Program-made: the position numbers and the translations under genes | From: Eledone cirrhosa | Taxonomy: Eukaryota | Reading direction: 5' to 3' | NCBI GenBank assembly: GCA_964016885.1 | Contig: OZ024754.1 | Location: 25,668,001-25,732,000, forward strand | Length of the DNA: 64,000 bases | Part shown: one piece after another, positions 1 to 8,900 of the stretch | Position numbering within the stretch: position 1 is the first letter of the stretch | Layout of the letters: every line of letters starts with the position of its first letter | Notes under the pieces: generated by a model | Database searches by the model: none | The model's input: only the letters and a program-made list of their open reading frames with translations | Told to the model about the DNA's origin: nothing

Positions 1-4
1 AATA

Positions 5-320
5 ATAGTGAAAGATTGGAGAATAACATGATCAACAGTACAAAAAGGGTTTTATTTACAGTATTAACAATTGTTTCATTGATTAGGATGTCTAAAGGTT
101 GCTAATCACTCGAAGTTGTGCCACTCAACCTTCAATTCAGTGTATACCTAATCAAATTATCGGAATAACTGATGATTTGATTAGGCATACACTGTATTGA
201 AGGTTGAGTGGCACAACTTCGAGTGATTAGCAGCCTTTAGACATCCTAATCAATGAAACAATTCTTAATACTGTAAATATAACCCTTTTTGTACTGTTGA
301 CCATGTTATTCTTCATTCTT

Positions 321-327
<7 letters not shown>
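5..327. mobile_element. Foldback/MITE-like long palindrome (two ~159-bp inverted arms, 5-nt loop)
   Basis: 5-163 (atagtgaaaga...atcaaattatcgg) is the reverse complement of 169-327 (ctgatgatttgat...tctttcactat) with about 10 mismatches counted by eye; loop aataa; the right end runs directly into (TA)n. Confidence 0.75.

Positions 328-368
<41 letters not shown>
325..368. repeat. (TA)n microsatellite
   Basis: Perfect TA dinucleotide run. Confidence 0.98.
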
Positions 369-369
<1 letters not shown>

Positions 370-389
370 TAACGTTTCTAGTTTAGTTT

Positions 390-446
390 TGAATGAATCT
401 GAAACCAAGTGGTTGTGAAGTAAAGATCTTAACCATATGGCAATGC
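390..446 (-). mobile_element. Degenerate tRNA-like SINE head remnant
   Basis: Minus strand reads gcattgccatatggttaagatctttacttcacaaccacttggtttcagattcattc, a decayed A-box/B-box tRNA-like head resembling octopus SINE 5' ends as recalled; short and diverged. Confidence 0.3.
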
Positions 447-633
447 GATTACTACGTTTTAAGACTATGAATATCTATTATACTTACGGCGATGTTTGTT
501 TTAAGCCAATGAACATAACACAAGTTGACACTGACTATTGCGTCTGGATCTATCATAAGCAGCATATAATTTTCCTTTTCTAGCTTAAAATATGACTGAA
601 GTAAAATAAAATAAAACTATTCGTATTTTATGT

Positions 634-741
<108 letters not shown>

Positions 742-935
742 TGTATGTATAGTATATTTGATAATATACTGTATGTTTATTTTAAAACATTTTGAAGACC
801 ATTGGCTATGAGTTTTAAAGTAGTGACTATGTCACTTACTTAGTCTCCGCAAAAAGAAAGGGAAGCAAGCGAAGGGATATGCAATCTAGATAACCGCAAT
901 CATATATACATCGCTATTTCAGAGAACTGATACTA

Positions 936-1870
<935 letters not shown>

Positions 1871-1932
<62 letters not shown>
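1871..1932. repeat. (TA)n microsatellite
   Basis: Perfect TA run. Confidence 0.98.
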
Positions 1933-1934
<2 letters not shown>

Positions 1935-1970
1935 TAGTTCCACAAGTATAAGTAGTTCCATAAGTAGTTC

Positions 1971-2513
1971 ATGTGTCTGTTTAACAGACACAGGATGAAA
2001 CTAGGATACTCCTGTGCTAAGAATATGAAGGCCCACATCACCAACAGCCCTAATAGCAGCACCCCACCAGGATTCTCTTGCCGAAGGCCTGAAGCGTGTC
2101 CCCTTCAACAACAATGCAGCTGTAATTTACGAAACTGTGGTCACTCTAACCGACCAAATCAACAACAAGAGGTTAAATCCTATGTAGGTATGGCGGAGGG
2201 CCGCTTTAAAGAATACTTCCTGAATCATCAGTCGACCTTCAGATACCCGGACAGACGATCGTCCACGAAGCCCGCGAGCCACGTATGGTCCCTCAAGGAC
2301 ACAGGCGTAGATTACTCCATCCAATGGAAAGTTATTACTAAGTCTAAGCCATACGCAAGTGGAAATCGGTCTTGTGGACTGTGCATTGAAGAAAGGATCG
2401 ATATCCTGAGAAGTCTACGTAATAGCGCTTGCCTAAATTCAAGGAATGAACTTTTTTCACGTTGTCCACACGTCTGTAAACACATATTATATAATTACAA
2501 AGCTCCAGATTGA
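1971..2513 (+). pseudogene. C-terminal GIY-YIG endonuclease region of a Penelope-like element (RT missing)
   Basis: 180-aa ORF with LFNRHRMKLGYSC..NM, Cys cluster SCRRPEACPLQQQC, YVGMAEGRFK...NHQSTFR, SHVWSLKD, IQWKVI, CGLCIEER and LNSRNELFSRCPH, matching PLE endonuclease motifs; the first GIY strand region looks corrupted and the usual catalytic Arg appears substituted (FKEY). Confidence 0.85.
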
Positions 2514-2686
2514 CTAACATCAACAATCTATAATATTCTGAATAACATGAAAAATTTATTCCGTTCATCCACAGTTATCTCCCTCGTATCGATCTATTGT
2601 GGGTTTACCTCCCCCAGGGGAAGTGACTGTTTCTGTACATGCGTATTCGTACTATTGTTTTTCCTTTTCCGTACAACTTCATTTAG

Positions 2687-2728
2687 ACCGAGCTGAGGAT
2701 CCGAATAAGTGAAACAATTGTTCTCGGT
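2687..2728 (+). ncRNA. Minimal type I hammerhead ribozyme motif (PLE-type), stem II degenerate
   Basis: ACCGAG-CUGAGGA-uccgaauaagu-GAAA-CAAUUG-UU-CUCGGU: perfect 6-bp stem I, CUGANGA and GAAA core, palindromic stem III, GUU cleavage triplet (after 2722). Confidence 0.75.
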
Positions 2729-2808
2729 ATGGTGAACTAACTGTTGTGGAACTACTACTACCAAACTCATCCCATGGACTGAGTGCTCTACTACTACGGA
2801 TATAACAC

Positions 2809-2900
2809 ATATATATAAATGTGTATTTATATATACATACATATATATATATATGTAACACACATATACATAACTATACATACACACATAAATATATATC
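2809..2900. repeat. Degenerate TA/TACA low-complexity tract
   Basis: Mixed tata/taca/tgta run. Confidence 0.8.
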
Positions 2901-3057
2901 AGTATAATAAAACACATGTTCAGGTTACAGCCACTTTGTGACAGATTTGTCAGAGAAGTGTTTATGTGAACAAGTATGTTCTGTAATAACTTCCTCCCAC
3001 ACCTCATTCTCTCTCATAGTGTTGACAAGACATCGGCCCATATCATATGAACAAACA

Positions 3058-3105
3058 ATATATATGTATACATACATATATATATATATATGTATATATA
3101 CATAT
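3058..3105. repeat. Degenerate (TA)n tract
   Basis: Interrupted TA run. Confidence 0.85.
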
Positions 3106-3119
3106 TTACAAATTTATTG

Positions 3120-3670
3120 ATATATGGATTGTTTCTGCTTTTATCATTCTCGTTCGGGTTATTTCTATCTCTAGATCTTTATATTTGGATAATTTTTCCA
3201 TTTCCTGGGTGGATATATCGTCATCTGTGAGAATTTATATATCAACTAGAAGGCATTTTTTCTGTGTGGCCTTTGATTATAATATTTGTTCGGTTGATCT
3301 CCCTGTTTGTATTTATCAGTATATCCCAAGATATGGTTGTTTTGTCATTCCCTAATACCTTTTCTGGTGTAGGTCTGTACCAACCTTTTCGGTTGGTATT
3401 TCATAATATTGGCATAACTTCCAGTGCATTAAATCCAAACTCTATCATGTCTGTGGATATATTCTTTTTTTTTTTTTGCTAAGTCTGGGCAGCCAGAGAT
3501 AATGTGGTTAATTGTTTCTTCCCCTCCACCACCACATATTCTGCAGTTACTTACTATGTTCTGTTTCATTATTTATTGGGGGGGGGGGTCTGGCGGGGAG
3601 GTTTTAATCTTGAGCTGCAATAAGAAATCCGTCAGTCACGGCTCTGGGCCCAGTACTTCTTAACCAGTCA
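3120..3670 (-). mobile_element. Decayed 3' fragment of an R4/Dong-like non-LTR retrotransposon (CCHC knuckle plus restriction-like endonuclease)
   Basis: Minus-strand translation across frameshifts: WLRSTG...DGFLIAAQD*, CRICGGGGEETINHIISGCPDLA, EYIHRHDRV, HWKLCQYYEIPT, TTISWD, EMEKLSKYKDLEIEI; stops and poly-G/poly-T expansions show it is dead. Confidence 0.85.
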
Positions 3671-3672
3671 GT

Positions 3673-3876
3673 CGGAGGTGGAGTGGCAGAATCGTTAAAG
3701 AGTCGGGCAAAATGCTTTGCAACATTTAGATATGGCCTTTTATGTTTTGAGTTCAAATCCGGCCGAGGTCGGGTCAGCTTTGTCTTTCATATTTTCAAGA
3801 TCGATAAAATAAAGTACCAGTAAAATACTTCCCCCTTCCCAGACTGTTGCCCTTTAACTAATGTTAGAAAGAATTG
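3673..3876 (+). mobile_element. tRNA-derived SINE (octopus-type)
   Basis: A-box tggcagaatcg (3684), B-box gagttcaaatcc (3749-3760), then gccgaggtcg...ctttgtctttcat...tcgataaaataaagtaccagt, which resembles the body of abundant Octopus SINEs as recalled. Confidence 0.75.
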
Positions 3877-4097
3877 TAATTATTGTGCATAACTTACCGG
3901 AACTTTTATTGAGGGTGCTACCTGCGCTTGTTCTCTTAAAAGGGTGGCATTACATTTTGAGTATAACTCCAAAGGATGAAGCAACATTTGCTTACCTGCA
4001 CACATTTCAAAATATTTACTGTATGCCGAAATTTGAAGGTTCACGTAACAAAGCAACACGATAATTCTATCCAAAACTTTCATGAAAGACATGATTA

Positions 4098-4100
<3 letters not shown>

Positions 4101-4151
<51 letters not shown>
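4101..4151. repeat. (TA)n microsatellite
   Basis: Perfect TA run. Confidence 0.98.
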
Positions 4152-4152
<1 letters not shown>

Positions 4153-4183
4153 CCGTCAAGGTTGTTTTTCCACGGTTATGTCA

Positions 4184-4288
4184 ATATTTATAAAACAAAT
4201 CTTGTATTTTATCTGATGAAAGCGCACCAAGAATGCCTTGGTTGTCCTTGAAATATATATAATAAAATAATTATGGTTTTATAAATAT
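4184..4288 (+). ncRNA. Type I hammerhead ribozyme with extended stem I
   Basis: Distal stem I AUAUUUAUAAAAC(4184-4196)/GUUUUAUAAAUAU(4276-4288); internal loop; proximal stem I AUUUUAU(4206-4212)/AUAAAAU(4262-4268); CUGAUGA 4213-4219; stem II AAG..ACCAAG-aaugc-CUUGGU..CUU; GAAA 4250-4253; palindromic UAUAUA; UA cleavage site after 4261. Confidence 0.85.
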
Positions 4289-4405
4289 AGTTTCCATTTA
4301 TTAATATATTGAATATTTACTCCAGTAAATTGTTGAGTGCTTTATATCAGTTATAAACTTTTAAGCTTGTTGGAATCTCAATAAATTAAATATAACTTCT
4401 GCATG

Positions 4406-4411
<6 letters not shown>

Positions 4412-4442
<31 letters not shown>
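4412..4442. repeat. (TG)n microsatellite
   Basis: Perfect TG run. Confidence 0.97.
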
Positions 4443-4444
<2 letters not shown>

Positions 4445-4747
4445 TTTACGATTCTTAGTTGACTTTTACTTTGTGGTTGTGTATTTTGAGGTCAGTAATA
4501 ATTGGTTGGTTTCTGGTTTCGGTTTAAGATTTAATCCTTAGTTATATGATTCTGGATATTTTGTTAGATACGAAGTATTTGGTGAGTCATATTTGGTTGG
4601 AGTTGACGTTGTTGTAGTGTCTGGAATGTTATATACTTTCATAACAGTCTAATTGTATGGTGTGTCTTGAGAAGTTTTATGGTTTGTTTGAATTCATACA
4701 TTTTGATGCAGGGCAGGGTTATGTACAGAAAAAAAAAAGAATTAAAT

Positions 4748-4848
<101 letters not shown>

Positions 4849-4896
4849 GTTACCTGTGTAGTTATATCAATGGCGTTGCTACTTCTGTTGCTGCAG

Positions 4897-5238
4897 TTAT
4901 TGTTGTTGTTGTTGATTGGTGGTGGTGTTGGTGGTGGTGGCGGTAGTAGTGGTGATGGTGGTGGTTGTAGTGGTGGTGGATGTAGTGGGGGGTGTTAGAG
5001 GTGGTTGTAGAGATGGTAGTGGTGGTGGTGTGGTGGTAGAGGTGGTTGTAGAGGTGGTGGTGGTATGGTGGTGTGGTGGTTGTGGTGGGGTGGTGGGGGT
5101 GTCGGTGTGGTGGAAGAAATGGTTGTATAAGTGGTGTGGTGGTAGTGTGGTGGTGATGGTAGAGGTGGTTGTAGAGGTGGTGGTGGTGGTGGTGGTGATG
5201 ATAGTGGTGTGGTGGTGGTGGTGGTGGTGGTGTGGTGT
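4897..5238. repeat. Degenerate (GTT)n/(GGT)n trinucleotide low-complexity tract
   Basis: Imperfect ggt/gtt/gta triplet repeats with internal agaggtggttgt duplications. Confidence 0.93.
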
Positions 5239-5410
5239 TATCGTTTAACTCGGGTTGAGTGTGATAACGGATGTTTTCTTATTTAATTTTCTTTTTTGTC
5301 CTAAATATTATCTTCCTTCTCTCAACAAACATTCAATGTTTCTCTGTAGTTTGTCTTTGTATTTATGTGTATCCATGTTACTTGTGTGTTGTGTGTGCAT
5401 TTATACGTAA

Positions 5411-5632
5411 TACATACATATATACATACAAACATTCATATATACATACTTCCATACATATATACAGACAAATACACACATACATACATTCACAATTACA
5501 AACATTCATACATACATATACACATACATATATATACACACATACATACATACATACATACATACATACATACATACATACATACATACATACATACATA
5601 CATACATACATACATACATACATACATACATA
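5411..5632. repeat. (TACA)n microsatellite, degenerate on the left and perfect from ~5542
   Basis: Tetranucleotide run. Confidence 0.96.
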
Positions 5633-5931
5633 GGACATTGTGACGTCATAGCAAATATATTTGAATTAATCTATTATAAAAAGACAATAACAACAAAAAT
5701 AAATACAAAAGAAAAATGGGGGAGTGTACGATATCTAGACCTTTGATTGGACAACATATCTCAGCTGAACCACGTGAATAACACTATGAAAACGCTGTCA
5801 TGGACAGCAGCCAGCGATATCCACGACATCGACCATTCCATATGTAACGAGATGTCCTATCATTTTACCATCAAAACGGTTTAATCTTGACTTGAAGTTA
5901 AGGGGCGAAAAACTCGTTTGAAGTGGGGCAG

Positions 5932-8900
5932 GTTTCTTCTCAGACAACCTTCTGCTGTCCACCTCTCCTGAGAGTTTCTTCTCAGACGACCTTCTGTGTC
6001 CGCCTCTCCTGAGAGTTTCTTCTCAGACAACCTGCTGCTGTCCAGCTCTCCCTGAGAGTTTCTTCTCAGACGACCTTCTGCTGTCCACCTCTCCTGAGAG
6101 TTTCTTCTCAGACAACCTTCTGCTGTCCACCTCTCCTGAGAGTTTCTTCTCAGACGACCTTCTGCTGTCCAGCTCTCCTGAGAGTTTCTTCTCAGACGAC
6201 CTTCTGCTGTCCACCTCTCCTGAGAGTTTCTTCTCAGACAACCTTCTGCTGTCCACCTCTCTCTGAGAGATTCTTCTCAGACAACCTGTGGCTGTCCAGC
6301 TCTCCCTGAGAGTTTCTTCTCAGACGACCTTCTGCTGTCCAGCTCTCCTGGCAGTTTCTTCTCAGACAATCTTCTGCTGTCCAGCTGTCCTAAAAGTTTC
6401 TTCTCAGACAACCTTCTGCTGTCCACCTCTCCTGAGAGTTTCTTCTCAGACAACCTTCTGCTGTCCAGATGTCCTGAGAGTTTCTTCTCAGACGACCTTC
6501 TGCTGTCCAGCTCTCCTGAGAGTTTCTTCTCAGACAACCTGCTGCTGTCCACCTCTCCTGAGAGTTTCTTCTCAGACAACCTGCTGCTGTCCACCTCTCC
6601 TGAGAGTTTCTTCTCAGACGACCTTCTGCTGTCCAGCTCTCCTGAGAGTTTCTTCTCAGACAACCTTCTGCTGTCCAGCTCTCCTGAGTGTTTCTTCTCA
6701 GACAACCTTCTGATGTCCAGCTCTCCTGAGAGTTTCTTCTCAGACAACCTGCTGCTGTCCACCTCTCCTGAGAATTTCTTCTCAGACAACCTGTTGCTGT
6801 CCACCTCTCCTGAGAGTTTCTTCACAGACAAGCTGTTGCTGTCCAGCTCTCCCTGAGAGATTCTTCTCAGACGACCTTCTGCTGTTCACCTGTCCTGAGA
6901 GTTTCTTCTCAGACAACCTGCCGCTGTCCACCTCTCCTGAGAGTTTCTTCTCAGACAACCTGCTGCTGTCCACCTCTCCTGAGAGTTTCTTCTCAGACAA
7001 CCTTCTGCTGTCCACCTCTCCTGAGAGTTTCTTCTCAGACAACCTTCTGCTGTCCAGCTCTCCTGAGAGTTTCTTCTCAGACAACCTGCTGCTGTCCAGC
7101 TCTCTTGAGAGTTTCTTCTCGGACAACCTTCTGCTCTCCACCTCTCCTGAGAGTTTCCTCTCAGACAAGCTGTTGCTGTCCAGCACTCCCTGAGAGATTC
7201 TTCTCAGACGACCTTCTGCTGTCCACCTGTCCTGAGAGTTTCTTCTCAGACAACCTGCCGCTGTCCACCTCTCCTGAGAGTTTCTTCTCAGACAACCTTC
7301 TGCTGTCCGCCTCTCCTGAGAGTTTCTTCTCAGACAACCTGCTGCTGTCCAGCTCTCCCTGAGAGTTTCTTCTCAGACGACCTTCTGCTGTCCACCTCTC
7401 CTGAGAGTTTCTTCTCAGACAACCTTCTGCTGTCCACCTCTCCTGAGAGTTTCTTCTCAGACGACCTTCTGCTGTCCAGCTCTCCTGAGAGTATCTTCTC
7501 AGACGACCTTCTGCTGTCCAGCTCTCCTGAGAGTTTCTTCTCAGACGACCTTCTGCTGTCCACCTCTCCTGAGAGTTTCTTCTCAGACAACCTTCTGCTG
7601 TCCACCTCTCTCTGAGAGATTCTTCTCAGACAACCTGTGGCTGTCCAGCTCTCCCTGAGAGTTTCTTCTCAGACGACCTTCTGCTGTCCAGCTCTCCTGG
7701 CAGTTTCTTCTCAGACAATCTTCTGCTGTCCAGCTGTCCTAAAAGTTTCTTCTCAGACAACCTTCTGCTGTCCACCTCTCCTGAGAGTTTCTTCTCAGAC
7801 AACCTTCTGCTGTCCAGATGTCCTGAGAGTTTCTTCTCAGACGACCTTCTGCTGTCCAGCTCTCCTGAGAGTTTCTTCTCAGACAACCTTCTGCTGTCCA
7901 GCTCTCCTGAGAGTTTCTTCTCAGACAACCTGCTGCTGTCCACCTCTCCTGAGAGTTTCTTCTCAGACGACCTTCTGCTGTCCAGCTCTCCTGAGAGTTT
8001 CTTCTCAGACAACCTTCTGCTGTCCAGCTCTCCTGAGAGTTTCTTCTCAGACAACCTTCTGCTGTCGAGCTCTCCTGAGAGTTTCTTCTCAGACAACCTG
8101 CTGCTGTCCACCTCTCCTGAGAATTTCTTCTCAGACAACCTGTTGCTGTCCACCTCTCCTGAGAGTTTCTTCACAGACAAGCTGTTGCTGTCCAGCTCTC
8201 CCTGAGAGATTCTTCTCAGACGACCTTCTGCTGTTCACCTGTCCTGAGAGTTTCTTCTCAGACAACCTGCCGCTGTCCACCTCTCCTGAGAGTTTCTTCT
8301 CAGACAACCTGCTGCTGTCCACCTCTCCTGAGAGTTTCTTCTCAGACAACCTTCTGCTGTCCACCTCTCCTGAGAGTTTCTTCTCAGACAACCTTCTGCT
8401 GTCCAGCTCTCCTGAGAGTTTCTTCTCAGACAACCTGCTGCTGTCCAGCTCTCGTGAGAGTTTCTTCTCGGACAACCTTCTGCTCTCCACCTCTCCTGAG
8501 AGTTTCCTCTCAGACAAGCTGTTGCTGTCCAGCACTCCCTGAGAGATTCTTCTCAGACGACCTTCTGCTGTCCACCTGTCCTGAGAGTTTCTTCTCAGAC
8601 AACCTGCCGCTGTCCACCTCTCCTGAGAGTTTCTTCTCAGACAACCTTCTGCTGTCCGCCTCTCCTGAGAGTTTCTTCTCAGACAACCTGCTGCTGTCCA
8701 GCTCTCCCTGAGAGTTTCTTCTCAGACGACCTTCTGCTGTCCACCTCTCCTGAGAGTTTCTTCTCAGACAACCTTCTGCTGTCCACCTCTCCTGAGAGTT
8801 TCTTCTCAGACAACCTTCTGCTGTCCACCTCTCCTGAGAGTTTCTTCTCAGACGACCTTCTGCTGTCCAGCTCTCCTGAGAGTTTCTTCTCAGACAACCT

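Larger units (their letters stand above)
1965..2808 (+). mobile_element. 5'-truncated Penelope-like retroelement (endonuclease ORF end plus 3' pLTR region with hammerhead motif)
   Basis: GIY-YIG ORF remnant followed ~175 bp downstream by a type I hammerhead motif, the known PLE arrangement; bounded by (TA)n-rich tracts on both sides. Confidence 0.85.

Noticed and set aside
169-200. CTGATGA at the palindrome centre as a hammerhead core
   Set aside because: No stem II-GAAA-stem III-UH arrangement follows; it is part of the foldback arm.
3684-3765. tRNA gene
   Set aside because: A and B boxes are present but there is no cloverleaf, and the sequence continues into a SINE body.
4443-4725. Possible decayed retroelement coding remnant on the A-rich minus strand
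   Set aside because: Multiple stops and no motif I can identify with confidence.
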